Notes: generated by a model not told the origin, from the sequence alone. A stretch of DNA of 63,661 nucleotides, filler included, from Chiloscyllium plagiosum (GCF_004010195.1; 3 parts of one record of this genome joined end to end with filler, not necessarily neighbours in it); one strand, 5' to 3'. Numbered from the whole stretch's first letter, positions 49,925 through 62,560 are shown. Translations and numbers: made by a program.

Positions 49925-50312
49925 TTTTTCATTCTTTTGTGGGATGTGGGTGTCGCTGGCCCTTCAGCATTTATTGCCCATCACGCATTGCCCTTGAAAT
50001 GACTTTGTAGTGATCAGACAACTGAAAGGCTTGTTAGGCCATTTCAGAGGGCAATTGAGAGTCAACCACCCTGTATGGATCTAGAGTCCACATAGACCAG
50101 ACCAGGTGAGGATGGCAGATTTCCTTACCTGAAGAACATTAGTGAGCCGACAACCAAGAATAGTTTCATGGTCAATAGTAGATTCCGAATTTCCGATTTT
50201 TTTTACTAAATTCAAATTCCATCATCTGCCATGGTGGGATTTGAACCCGGCTTCCCAGGACATCAGTTGGGTTTCTGGATTACTCATCTGGCGATAATGC
50301 TACCAGGCCACT
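49925..50312 (-). mobile_element. near full-length tRNA-derived SINE with a LINE family B tail
   Basis: A-box-like agtggcctggtag, B box ggttcaaatccc; 3' tcaagggcaat..gggcaataaatgctg matches 28960-28995. Confidence 0.75.
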
Positions 50313-51057
50313 ACTTTCTGATTATTCAGGCATGGATGCCTGTGGGTAGGTCCAGAGTTCACTTACAATTATTGCTTAGGCTGCTCTATGTGTAGTGAAT
50401 TTTCCTAATCTTTCTCTTCACTGATGATGAAAAATGAAGATTGCTTAAAGGGAGCCAATACCCTTAATTTAGTTTCCAATGTCCAGGCTAGGTTTTCAAA
50501 ACTGTAAAATAAACCATTAAAAAGAAGCTTGAAATACATTTTTTTAAAAAGCGACTTGACAAAATATGAAGCATGCATTTAAAAGCTTTAAACATATTTA
50601 AATACATCTCAAAAGAAAACATTTCTTATAACCATGCCTACAAGAGCCTCAGATCTTTAATGTCACTAAGTCTCAAGACCTCTTCAAATAAGGTGCTTTT
50701 AAGAAGTAGTCCAAGGACAATTGAAACAAACTTAATGTAACACATAGTGGCACCACATCGCTGTCAATTACTGTCATTCACATGGAGAAGGTCAAAGACT
50801 CAGGGCCTACAGTCCAATACCAATAGGTGCGGAGGTAAATCTTTGGACAGACAATTTGGAAAGATCAGCAGAAGGGCTCCCCAACTCACTTCCCTCTTAA
50901 TTACAGCCCACATTCACTGGAAATTGTTACCTGTTTGGAAGGGAAATCTAATCCAACACTCTGACTGCATACTTGGAACCTTCTGGGAATACATTGGTGT
51001 ACTTGAACCATTGGTGTGTGTTCCCAATGGGATAAGCTCGAGCTTAACTACACTAAA

Positions 51058-51786
51058 GTTTGTGAGAAGATTTGTAGCTCGGGTGCTCATTGCTGTGGTT
51101 CTGTTCGCCGAGCTGGAAGTTTTTGTTGATGTTGATGTTCATACATCAAGAACATCTCTGAAATGACAGCCAGACTATTGCGACCACTAGGACTTATAAC
51201 AGCACACAAACTAACAGCCACTCTCAGACAACAACTCACCAAAACGAAGGACCCGATACCCAGCATGAGCAAAACTAATGTAGTGTACAAAATCCCATGC
51301 AAGGACTGCACAAAACACTATATAGGACAAACAGGAAGACAGCTAACAATCCGCATCCACGAACATCAACTAGCCACGAAACGACACAACCAGCTATCCN
51401 NNNNNNNNNNNNNNNNNNNNNNNNNNNNNNNNNNNNNNNNNNNNNNNNNNNNNNNNNNNNNNNNNNNNNNNNNNNNNNNATTTGGCTGGGACAACACTAC
51501 CATTATAGGGCAAGCGAAACAAAGAACAGCCAGGGAATTCCTAGAAGCATGGCACTCATCCACAAACTCCATCAACAAACACATAGACCTGGACCCAAAA
51601 TACCGACCACTACTGCGGACAGCTGAAACTGACAACCGGAAGCGGCAGGGACAGGCCACTATAAATGCCGGAGGAAACACCACAGAAGCGCTTCACAGGA
51701 GGCTCCCAAGCACTGAGGATGTCACCTAGACAGGGGACGAAACGTTTGCAACAAAAACTTGCAGCTCGGCGAACAGAACCACAGCA
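51058..51786 (+). mobile_element. PLE family B (Penelope/Poseidon-like) 3' part with GIY-YIG and inverted 5' cap
   Basis: NVVYKIPCKDCTKHYIGQTGRQLTIRIHEH..REFLEAW..IN; 14-bp TSD TTAACTACACTAAA at 51044-51057 and 51787-51800. Confidence 0.93.
51710..51749 (+). ncRNA. type I hammerhead ribozyme motif (PLE family B)
   Basis: GCA-CUGAGGA-U-GUCaCCU(AGAC)AGGgGAC-GAAAC-GUU-UGC; identical copies at about 60413-60452 (+) and 60107-60146 (-). Confidence 0.75.
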
Positions 51787-53139
51787 TTAACTACACTAAA
51801 TTGCAAAATAATTCTTAAAACGTTTTGTTAATTTGATCACAGTACCTTGGGTTCCAGGTCTTCTCTGGTATGTATGAACAATGTCTACGATAGCAGCATC
51901 ATTTCTGCCAGACATTGCTCTGAATTGCATATAGTAACATTGGGGTTGAGTCATCTAAGGTAGATATTGAACATGATAATGACATGCCAAATAGGAGAAG
52001 CAGGATTAAGCTCAGGCACACTAACATAAGTGAACAATGTGAATGGTGAGTAAGGAAATGGGCTGCAGCCTGAGCGACATCTATTGCTGGCCAATGGGCA
52101 GTCAAAAGAACAAGATAATGACCTATTAAGATGCCTTTCAGCAATCTACCTGCCTGTACACAATAGGACCTCATGGATGCTAGAACCTGTTGACAGGAGA
52201 TGTTATGAAGCCTTCTGCCCTGTGGAATTGTGTCAATCTAGAAGTTTGGACTGTTGCAGTGAATTTGTCCCTTGTCATAACTGCTGTATGAATTTCTAAA
52301 ATTCTTGAACTCAATATTGATAAATGGCCACAGATAATATTCTGAAAACTGGGCAAAGCATGGTAATAAAACTGCAAAGATTGCGAAACACTGGATGAAT
52401 GGGAACCGTGAATTATTTATGCACCCAGCAGTGAGCCTTCAAACAGTGTAATCAAAGAACTGGAGTGCACTACATTGGTGTTACCATGCAGAGTAAAATT
52501 AAGAAATATTTGAAGAGCATAACTCCATTTTCAAATGTGCTGATTTTATTTAAAGTGATTCAACTGGTGAATACAGGGGTCAGATTCCATATACAACAAA
52601 AGACAAGCTGCAAACAATGTAACCATAAATAAAACAATCAAGGTCAAGGACTCTGTAAATAACTGTGCTGATACATTCTGATTTTCCCATTAGATGAAAA
52701 CCTCCAATGAATAAAGCAATTCTCCTACATGTTCTTGATAGTTTGGACTCCCCTGAACTTTGTAATCATTATGTTATTGGTTGAAACATTGTTGTATTTA
52801 TTCTTGGAATATACAGTAAGTTGAACAAGTCATTAGCTCTTAAATCCAAAGACATTTGTTGAAGTCTAAAATTGTAAACAAATTGTCTGACCTGGAGTTC
52901 GCCTTTTTCAGATTGACCTGAATTTGTGTCTGAAGATGTACCATTTTGTAGATGACACATTACACCTCATATCCTGCCACCAACAGTAGAATATGCCCTA
53001 ATTTTAAATGGGTCTCATAATATTGACAGATGTATTAAGGACCTGAGGTAATGCTTATTATTCCTTCTGTGTCACATCAGCTTTTTACCCACTTTGCCCA
53101 GTCATTCCTCCTTGATGACTCTTCAGCTGGCATGGTAAT

Positions 53140-53900
53140 CTGCTGGAATCACAAAAGGTTAGTGTGTATATACAGCAAGTAAATAGGAAAGCTATTAAAA
53201 TGTTACAACTTATTGCAAGAGGAATTGAGCGCAAAACTAGGGAGATTATACTTCAGTTATACCTGACTTAATATGCATAATATTAGTCTAATTTATGAAA
53301 AGATGTAAATGTGTTTGAAACAGTTCAGAGAAGGTTTGTAATGCTAGGCTTGTATCTGCTTGAGTTTAGAAGAATAGGAACCAACTTAATTGAAACATGT
53401 TAGATCGAAAGGCAACAGAAACAGAATCTTTGAATATTTTAAAAGTAAACTTAGAGAGATTCTTGATAAGCAAAAGGTTGGAAACTTACTGGGGATAAGC
53501 AGAGAAATGGAGTATCAGATCAGCCATGATTAGGGACCCAGGTTCGATTCCAGCCTTGGGCAACAGTCTATGTGGAGTTTGCATGCTCTCACTGTATCTG
53601 CATGGACTTCCTCTGGGTGCTCCAATTTCGTCCAATGATGTCCAAAAATGTGGAGGCTAGGTGGATTGGCCATATTAAATTGCCCATAGTTTCCAGGGAT
53701 GTGTCGGTTAGGTTGGTTGGCCATGGGAAATGCACGATTACAGGGATAGGGTAGGAAGGTGGGTCTGGGTGGGATGATCTTTGGTGGGTCGATGAGGACT
53801 CGATGGGATGAAAGGCCTCTTCCAGCACTGTAGGGATTTTATGATTCTCTAATCTGATTGAATAGTAGAGCAGGCTCGAGGAGCTAAATCACTTTCTTCT
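53140..53900 (+). mobile_element. old CR1-like 3' fragment containing an HE1-like SINE (about 53533-53848)
   Basis: cagttcagagaaggttt, gagtttagaagaat, gatcagccatgat..ctgattgaat; SINE B box ggttcgattcc. Confidence 0.7.
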
Positions 53901-54224
53901 GCTGTTAATGTGTCTCGTTTTATGCTCAACAGAAACATCTATGCAACACTGTAAAGATTCCACAATGTTTGACCTGTTGGCTCCAAGTCTGAAGTGATTA
54001 GTGGTGTTTCTTTCTCATCACTCTGTTCTTGCTCTTCTAACTCTTTTCCTTCCACCATTGCCATGCCAAGTTACAGTTCTTGATTATCTGAAACAGAAAG
54101 GGCAAAAAGACTATAGCCATGGCAAACAGAGAGGTGTGTGGTTTGAGGGAGCCAGGGACGAGGACGAGAGGTTGGGAAAGGAATGATGAATACTTTATTT
54201 AGAACTGGTAAATCAAAAGAGATT

Positions 54225-54635
54225 GTGGGATGTGGGAAGAAGAATTAAAATGGATGACAGTAAGCTGCCTTCTTGAACCACTGCAGTCCCTGTGCTATAA
54301 GTACATTCACAGTGCCATTGCAGAGAGATTTCTAGATTTTGACCCAGTGACAGTGAAATAATGGTGATACATTTCCAAGTCAGGATAGTGAGTGGCTTAT
54401 AGAGCAACTTGGTGGGTCATTGATGGTGTTCCCATCTGTCTGCTACCCTTGTCCTTCTAGATGGAATGGTCTTGGGTTTGGAAGGTGCTGTCTAAGGAGC
54501 CTTGGTGGATTTTTGCAGTGGAGAAAGTGAGGACTGCAGATGATGGAGATCAGAGATGAAAATGTGTTGCTGGAAAAGCGCAGCAGGTCAGGCAGTATCC
54601 AAGGAGCAGGAGAATCGACGTTTCAGGCATGAGAA
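54225..54635 (-). mobile_element. LINE family B 3' end (54225-54520) followed by a PLE-A-related tail (54520-54635)
   Basis: Matches 215-620; ggagaaagtgaggactgcagatg..cgacgtttc. Confidence 0.75.
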
Positions 54636-55573
54636 GGGCATGATATTGTTGAATAATTGCCAGTCTGGGCAAGCTGCCGAGTTTGGGTGTGAGACTTGCA
54701 GCAATCTTAAATGTATAAGGGTGAGGTGAAGCTATGAATGTGAGTCATGCATCATCCCTGATGGCAAATATTGGTGGGTGTGTGAAGGTGATGCAATGCA
54801 TTGTGCAATGAGAGAGGCTTGTTATTCATTTATAAAGATATAGCATTTGAAATTAATTTTACTAACTTGGATCACTCGTAAGAAATCATTAAACTTGATT
54901 TGTCATTGCAGTTAGCTCTTTAGGGTTGGACTGGTCACATTGACCTCTATAGTTGTCTGTTCTTATTACTTTCTAAATAATTGTCCGGAGGCTCTCTTTT
55001 CTCCCTGTGACTGCAGGACATCACTTATCCTTCATTGATTACTGAGTCAGAAAACCTGGGTGCCCACTCTGTGCTGTATAGCTAATGTTGTAGGTCAGTC
55101 TTCTACAATGAACTACAGTACCTGCTGGAGGCAGAATTGACTTTTCCTTTGAGATGTGCAGGCTCGCTTTAAATTATGTTAGCTTCAAACAAACCTGGGT
55201 CCCCTTCAGAAGTGTACAATCATTCAACAGCATGAATACCATTGGTTAGTATGTCACTATTATTTAAAATTACAGACACTACAAAATTTGCATGGTGCTT
55301 TCATTATCTAAGGGGAACAGGAATAGCCACTCTTTACAATCCTTGCACTCAGTTTCAGGATATTTTAGCACTATGTTTTTTTTGAGAAATAACATCAGTC
55401 ATCTTGAGGCTTAAATATAATTACAGCATTAATCTTTAAGTAATGAGTTAATGTTTTCTCACCGATTTATGCTTGTTAAAGAATACATTAGTTGGCAAGC
55501 ATACTGTGGGGTAAATATTCTGGTAACTGCCTCCAAGTCCACAGGGCACACAGGAATCAGCAAGCTATTTTAT

Positions 55574-55877
55574 GGGTGGCTCTGTGGTTAGCACTGCTGT
55601 CTCACAGCACCAGGGTCCCAGGTTCGATTCCAGTCTCAGGCAACTGTCTGTGTGGAGTTTGCACATTCTCCCAGTGTCTGTGTGGGTTTCTTCCGGGTGC
55701 TCCGGTTTCCTCCCACAGTCCAAAAGATGTATAGGGCAGGTAAATTGGCCATGCAAAATTGCCCATAGTGTTAGGTGCATTAGTCAGAGGGAAATGAGTC
55801 TGGGTGGGTTACTCTTCGGAGGGTCGGTGTGGACTTGTTGGGCCGAAGGGCCTGTTTCTCCACTGTAGGGAATCTAA
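55574..55877 (+). mobile_element. HE1-type V-SINE
   Basis: gtggttagcactgctg, ggttcgattcc, V-domain, gggccgaagggcctgtttc tail. Confidence 0.9.
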
Positions 55878-56481
55878 ATAGTGTTGCCTTCTTCGAGCAA
55901 TACAGTCAAACAATCCAATACTCTGAAACAGTAACTGAGAACTGTCCACCAAATGTCCACCTGGCTCACCAAAGTGAGTACTTTAAGCCACAAGTTAGGA
56001 AATGAATGTTCAAAAGGAGCTGCAGGCAGGGGAGTGATTGAGAGTGGGCAGGATGATTAATTAAAAATAATTAAATTGAATCTATATCATAGAATGAAGT
56101 CCAACTGGTTTATGTCAAAATTTATACTCCACACAAGCCTCCTTCCACCCTTCTTTATAGCACTGTTGGCATACACTTGCAGTTCTTTCTCCCATGTGTT
56201 TGTTTGGTCTTTCAATGCATCTATGCTATTCACTGCTTATAATAGTGCTTTTTATATTCTTCCCACTTGTTTTTGAAAAAACTGCTTCCCCTCAATTTCC
56301 TATTGTATTTATTAGTGATTGCTATAGATTTATGACCACTGAGTCCACTGAGTCTGGACACAGGTACACATTTTTTGTTCTCTGTCCACTTTGATAATCA
56401 GAAAGAGCTCAGTAAGGTTATTCTGTAGCCTTTTGTATTCTCAAGAAACAACCCCCAGCCTATGCAGCCACTCCTGATAAA

Positions 56482-56715
56482 TATATCTGAAACAACTGCA
56501 CAGAAGCCAGTATCCTGTCACCAAGTCTCCCTTTACTTACATGTGTACTACACATGGCCTGTGACCAGCCAGCTCAAAGCCAGGAGAATGAGGAGACTTT
56601 CTGAACCTCCTGTTTATATCTTTCGGCCAGGGCTCCCTGATTGGAGCAGGTTAAGAACCCCAGTCAAGGATCTCATAGTCAAGGACACCCACCCAGCCTG
56701 GTTCAAATCACGACA
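56482..56715 (-). mobile_element. solo LTR related to the Gypsy LTR at 16780-17422
   Basis: Shared tgtttatatc..ccctgattgga.caggttaa.aaccccagtca.gga.ctcata; flanks ATAAA/ATAAC are a likely TSD. Confidence 0.75.
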
Positions 56716-57099
56716 ATAACCATCTCCTCAGTTCTTGTGGTATCCTGCTGAATCTATTGAGTACTTTCCCCAATGCAACCAAACTCAACTCTTCCTAAAG
56801 TGGACCCCAAGTGGAATCGCAAACTAAAAGTTTGATGTTGTGAGATCCAAGGCTGTAACAGCTGATGAGAAGCACTAACAAAGTTACAGGCTCTCATTCT
56901 CAAAACTCACTAGGCTCTCATTCTCTCAGTTCTTGCTGAGGGCTCACGGCAATTTTCAAGCCTCAAAATGGAGTTTTCCCAGCAGGTAAATGTTCAAAAA
57001 GCATCTCCCAGTATCCTTCTGATAATGAGGAGAACAGAAAATGTGCATCTTATTCCAAGTGTAGACCAACCAAGATTTAAAATTTAGTGCAAATTCAAA

Positions 57100-57792
57100 T
57101 CACTGTAGATGCTGGAAAATGAAATAAAAAACAGAAAGTGCTGGACAACCTTAGCATGCAAGTTTGGCAGCATCTGTGGAGAGAAAAACAAAGTTAAAGT
57201 CTCAAGTCAGATACAGTTAAAAATCACACAACACCAGGTTATAGTCCAACAGGTTTATTTGGAAGCACTAGCTTGCGGAACGCTGCTCCTTTATCAGGTA
57301 GCTGTGGAGAAGGATCATAAGACACAGAATTTATAGCAAAAGATTACAGTGTCATGCAACTGAAACAATATATTGAACAGACCTAGATTGCTGTTAAGTC
57401 TTTAATTTTTGAGAATGGGTTGCAGGTTTTGATTCATTAATATGTAAATCCCAGAACTTATTTTCTCAAGATTACTTAAGACTTTATGAAAAAAGTGACA
57501 TCTCAGCTCAGACAATGCATTAAAAGTGTGACGTTAGAGTCTGTCTGTATCCCAATCTTGAATCAGACTGGTTCTATTTCCAAAGTAGAAATTTGTAAAA
57601 TGTTATATCTATTGACTGTCTGCATTGACTGCCCACAGATTGTCTGCTTTTTGAGCAAAATAGAATGTATCTGCAAATAGAATTCTGCAAATGCAAATTC
57701 AACCTATAGATTTGTGTATGTGTGTCTGTGTGTGTGCCTGTGTGTGTGTGTCTGTGAATTTGCATTTGCAGAATTGTATTTCCAGATACATT
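57100..57792 (-). mobile_element. PLE family C piece (57100-57205) and family D 3' region (57215-57792) ending in a 38-bp inverted repeat around (TG)n
   Basis: Minus strand CTGATAAAGGAGCAGCGTTCCGCAAGCTA is a decayed hammerhead; arms at 57664-57701 and 57755-57792. Confidence 0.65.
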
Positions 57793-58257
57793 ATATTTTT
57801 ATACACTTCAACAAAATGAAAAGTCCAAAGTGTTTCACAAGCTTATAGTGAAATAAAATATGGCACTGAGTTATGTAAAGAGATACCAGGTCAAAAAAGC
57901 TGGATATAAGAGACAAATCTTAAGGAGGATCCTAAAGAATAATGGTAAGATAGATTGGTAGAGAACTTTAGAAAGTGATTCCAGAGCTTGGAGCAGAGAT
58001 AATTACAGGCAAGGTCACTGAGAGTGGAGAGATTAAAATGAAGGATGCAGAAAAGGTCAAAATATATAAACATTGTTATCACAGATGGTTGTATGCTGGT
58101 GTCAATTCCACAGATAAAGAGAGACAAAGCCATAGAGGAACCTGAACAAAAGAAGAGAATTTTGAAATCAAGGCTATGCTTGTGCAGAGAGCAGAGGGAA
58201 TTGGGAACAAAAACCCAACAATAAATTCTTTCAAAATTGACATTTGTAAATCTATTA

Positions 58258-58640
58258 CAGGTCAGTATCCTCTATCTGGAAACCTTGGAACCAACTGGTT
58301 TTCAGATAAAGGATGGTTTTAGCTTTCTGGTCCACTATAGTCTGTTCTTGTCTGTTTGGGCCCTTTAGAAATAAACTTTGTGTCACATAAAAGTATTTTT
58401 TTCTCCAAAGGGTTCCTGATGAATGGACTGTAGATGTATAGAATTCAGCCCTTTGAAAAACAAAACTTTATGTTTTGACTGATAAGAATCCTCACATCGA
58501 GGTCTGTTTGGGCCAAGTGAAGTTTGATTTTCAAGGAACCAAAATGTCTCAGCATGTGCAATTGGGTCTGCTTCTGAAAAGATCTTCAGATTTTATGTCT
58601 TTTCAGTTTTTGGACGAACAGATAATGGATACTTAACCTG
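58258..58640. mobile_element. Tc1-mariner/pogo (Tigger-like) MITE
   Basis: TIRs CAGGTCAGTATCCTCTATCTG / CAGATAATGGATACTTAACCTG; flanked by TA and TG; no ORF. Confidence 0.7.
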
Positions 58641-59221
58641 TGCCATTGAGCTGCTTCTGCTCATTTCATGCATTAAAACCCATTTTACATTATTCGGACT
58701 TTCTGCAAAACACTCCTTCTCTCATCCTGTTCTCCCACACAGTCTTACAACCACTTGCCTTTGGAAAACTAGGAACTTACATGGCAATTTAACAATTCTC
58801 CAGGTGCTTTCTCATAAATCTGGCAAAGGCAAAGCTGTGGAAATCTCAAATCTAGGAGTTGGCAACAATGTATTCAATGGCTGAGGAAATAATCAGAGTT
58901 GAAGACAACAAGATACACTAAGGTGAGATAAAGTACTGTATTGGAGGGAACAGCTCACTCTTAAAGTTAGTGGGTTTCAGACGAGTCATGGTCTCTCTCA
59001 CCTTGATTTGGGAAGGATGCAAGTCTAGCAAGAGCATAGGTGCCTCAAGGGCCCATGAACTCTTGAGATAAGGCAGGCATATTGATGGTGATGTAAAGGA
59101 CCTGAAGGAAGTGAAGATAGGAAGGTGAAGGAAGGATCATAGGGGTTACTGGGATTGCAACATGTTAGAAGATATGAAGAATGGGAGGAATAATATATGG
59201 CTCATAGACTATAACTCAAGT

Positions 59222-61295
59222 TAGATCAGAGTGGTGCTGGAAATGCACAGAAGGTCAGGCAGCATCCGAGGAGAAGGAAAATCGACGCTTCGGGCAAAAG
59301 CCCTTCATCAGGAATAGAGGCAGGAAGCCTCCATGGTGGAGAGATAAATGGGTGGGGGGGAGCTGGGGAGAAGGTAGCAAAGAGTACATTAGGTGAATGG
59401 GGATGGGGATGGAGGTGATAGGTCAGAGGGGAGAGTGGAGCGGAGATTGGCAGGTAGGACAGGTCATGGGGACAGTGCTGAGCTGGAAGGTTGGAACTGA
59501 AGTAAGGTGGGGGAAGGGGAAATGAGGAAACAGGTGATGTCCACATTGATGCCCTGGGGTTGAAGTGTTCCGAGGTGGAAGATGAGGCATTCTTCCTCCA
59601 GGCGTCGGGTAGTAGGGAGCGGAAGTGGAGGAGGCCAGGACCTGCATGTCCTTGGCAGAGTAGGGGGAGAGTTGAAGTGTTGGGCCACGGGGCGGTGGGG
59701 TTGATTGTTGCAGGTATCCCAAAGATGTACCATGAAGCACTCTGCGAGGTGGCGTCCAGTCTCCCCAATGTAGAGGAGACCGCATCGGGAGCAACGGATA
59801 CAATAAATGATATTGGTGGATGTGCAGGTGAAACTTTGATGGATGTGGAAGGCTCCTTTGGGGCCTTGGATGGTGGTGTGGGAGGTGGTGTGGGCACAGA
59901 TTTTGCAATTACTGCAGTGGCAGGGGAGGGTGCCAGGACGGGAGGGTGGTTTGTTGGGGGACGTGGACCTGACCAGGTAGTCACGGAGGGAACGGTCTTT
60001 GCGGAAAGCGGAAAGGGGTGGGGAGGGAAATATATCTCTGGTGAGAAGATTTGTAGCTCGGGTGCTCGTTGCTGTGGTTCTGTTCGCCGAGCTGGAAGTT
60101 TTTGTTGCAAACGTTTCGTCCCCTGTCTAGGTGACATCCTCAGTGCTTGGGAGCCTCCTGTGAAGTGCTTCTGTGGTGTTTCCTCCGGTGTTTATAGTGG
60201 CCTGTCCCTGCTGCTTCCGGTTGTCAGTTTCAGCTGTCCGCTGTAGTGGCCGGTATATTGGGTCCAGGTCACCATCAACAAACACATAGACCTGGACCCA
60301 ATATACCGGCCACTACAGCGGACAGCTGAAACTGACAACCGGAAGCGGCAGGGACAGGCCATTGTAAATGCCGGAGGAAACACCACAGAAGCGCTTCACA
60401 GGAGGCTCCCAAGCACTGAGGATGTCACCTAGACAGGGGACGAAACGTTTGCAACAAAAACTTGCAGCTCGGCGAACAGAACCACAGCATATCTCTGGTG
60501 TAGGTGGTGGAAATGTTGGCGGATGACGTGGTTAATGCAAAGGTTGGTAGTGTGGAAAGTGAGGACCAGGGGCGTTCTGTCCTTGTTATGGTTGGAGGGA
60601 TGGGGTTTGAGGGCAGAGGTGTGGGATGTGGATAAGGTGCGTTGGAGGGCATCTTCAACCACGTGAGAAAGGAACTTGCGATCTCTAAAGAAGGTGTGTT
60701 CTGTGGTGGAACTGGACCTCCTGGGAGCAGATATGGCGGAGGCGGAGGAATTGGGAATACGGGATGGCATTTTTGCAGGAGGAAGGGTGGGAAGAGATGT
60801 AATCCAGGTAGCTGTGGGTTTGTAAAAAATGTCAGTGTCAAGTCAGTCGTCATTAATGGAGATGGTGAGGTCCAGGAAGGGGAGGGAGGTGTCAGAGATG
60901 GTCCAGGTGAATTTAAGGTCAGAGTGGAATGTGTTGGTGAAGTTGATGAACAGCTCAACCTCCTCGCGGGATCACGAGGTGGCAGTGATGCAGTCATCAA
61001 TGTAGCGGAGGAAGAGGTGGGGAGTGGTGCCGGTGTAACTACAGATGATAGACTGTTCTACGTAGCCAACAAAGAGACAGGCATAGCTGGGGCCCATACG
61101 GGTGCCCATGGCTACCCCTTTGGTCTGGAGGAAGTGGGAGGATTCGAAGGAGAAACTGTTAAGGGTGAGGACTAGTTCAGCCAAACGAATGAGTGTGTCA
61201 GTGGAAGGGTACTGTTGGGGATATCGGGAGAGGAAAAACGGAGGGCTTGGATGCCCTGGTCATGGCGGATGGGGGTGTAGAGGGATTGGATATCA
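59222..61295 (-). mobile_element. PLE family A (Neptune-like): RT, Cys-rich linker, GIY-YIG and 3' repeat, frameshifted
   Basis: QTKGVAMGTRMGPSYACLF, RYIDD; PCHCSNCKIC linker; NIIYCIRCSRCGLLYIGETGR; LGTLQPQGIN. Confidence 0.93.
60044..60488. mobile_element. PLE family B inserted as a 200-bp inverted repeat inside PLE family A
   Basis: Arms 60071-60270 and 60289-60488; 12-bp TSD ATATCTCTGGTG at 60032-60043 and 60489-60500. Confidence 0.95.
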
Positions 61296-61664
61296 TGATT
61301 GTGATTTCAACTTCACATTTCTGCCTATCACAGATAACCTTTAATTCCTTTGTTACTCAAGTATCTGTCTATCTCTGCCTGAAAAACATTCCTCCATCAT
61401 TTTCAAGGGAAAATAATTACACAGTTTCTGAGAGAGAGAAGAAAGGTCTGCTCCTTTCTGCCTTTAATCAGAAGCCACTTCCTTTTATACTCTGGCCCCG
61501 AGCTCTAATCTCTCCTACAAGGGAAGTTATCCTTTCACCATCCATCCAATTAAGGCCATTAAGAACTCCATTAAAATTATCTTTCATTCTTCTTAACTCT
61601 AAAAAATGCAAACACAATCCTTTCCTCATAAGATAAAACTGTTATCCAAGGAACAGAGACATCA

Positions 61665-61815
61665 TTCTGAAGCCTGAAACATTGATTCTCCTGCTCAGCT
61701 TATGCCTGAAATGTTGATCCTCCTGCGCCTCGGATGCTGCCTGACCTGCTGTGCTTTTCCAGCACTACAGTCTCAACTCTGATCTCCAGCATCTGCAGTC
61801 CTCACTTTCTCCTCA
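61665..61815 (+). mobile_element. PLE-A-related terminal repeat remnant
   Basis: cctgaaacattgattctcctgc duplicated; ends ccagcatctgcagtcctcactttctcc. Confidence 0.75.
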
Positions 61816-61879
61816 TCCGAGGAACAGTCAAGCAAAACTTTTTTGCACTGCTTCTGGTGCAATTATTTTAATTAGAGCC

Positions 61880-62492
61880 AAAGAGTCATAGAGATGTACA
61901 GCATGGAAACAGACCCTTCAGTCCAACCCGTCCATGCTAACCAGATATCCCAACCCAATCTAATGCCACCTGCCAACACCTGGCCCATATCCCTCCAAAC
62001 CCTTCCTATTCATATACCCAGCCAAATGCCTCTTAAATGTTGCAATTGTACCAGCCTCTACCACTTCCTCTGGCAGCTCATTCCATACACGTACCACCCT
62101 CTGTGTGAAAAAGTTGCCCGTTAGGTCTATTTTATATCTTTCCCCGTCACCCTAAACCTATGCCCTCTAGTTCTGGACTCCCCAACCCCAGGGAAAAGAC
62201 TTTGTCTATTTACCCTATCCATGCCCCTCATAATTTTGTAAACCTCTATAAGGTCACCCCTCAGACTCCAATGCTCCATGGAAAACAGCCCCAACCTGTT
62301 CAGACTCTCCCTATAGCTCAAATCCTTCAACCCTGGCAACACTCTTGTAAATCTTTTCTGAACCTTTCTAAGTTTCACAGCATCTTTCCGATAGAAAGGA
62401 GACCAGAATTGCACGCAATATTCCAACAGTGGCCTAACCAATGTCCTTTACAGCCGCAACATGACCTCCCAACTCCTGTACTCAATACTCTG
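61880..62492 (-). mobile_element. CR1 3' end
   Basis: VRPLLEYCVQFWSP..SRTRGHRF; very similar to 46860-47460. Confidence 0.92.
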
Positions 62493-62560
62493 TCCAGTAT
62501 TTGTGTTTGTGCAGTGTTTGTGCAGTGTGTCCAGGAAGCTTTTCTAACTCAGTATGTAGA

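Noticed and set aside
51960..52052. Plus-strand open stretch ending in a GTGAGT donor
   Set aside because: No convincing acceptor or polypyrimidine tract, and the peptide is not recognisable.
59226..60246. Long ORFs of 303 aa (-) and 228 aa (+)
   Set aside because: Alternate-frame and antisense readings of the Penelope GIY-YIG region, not host genes.
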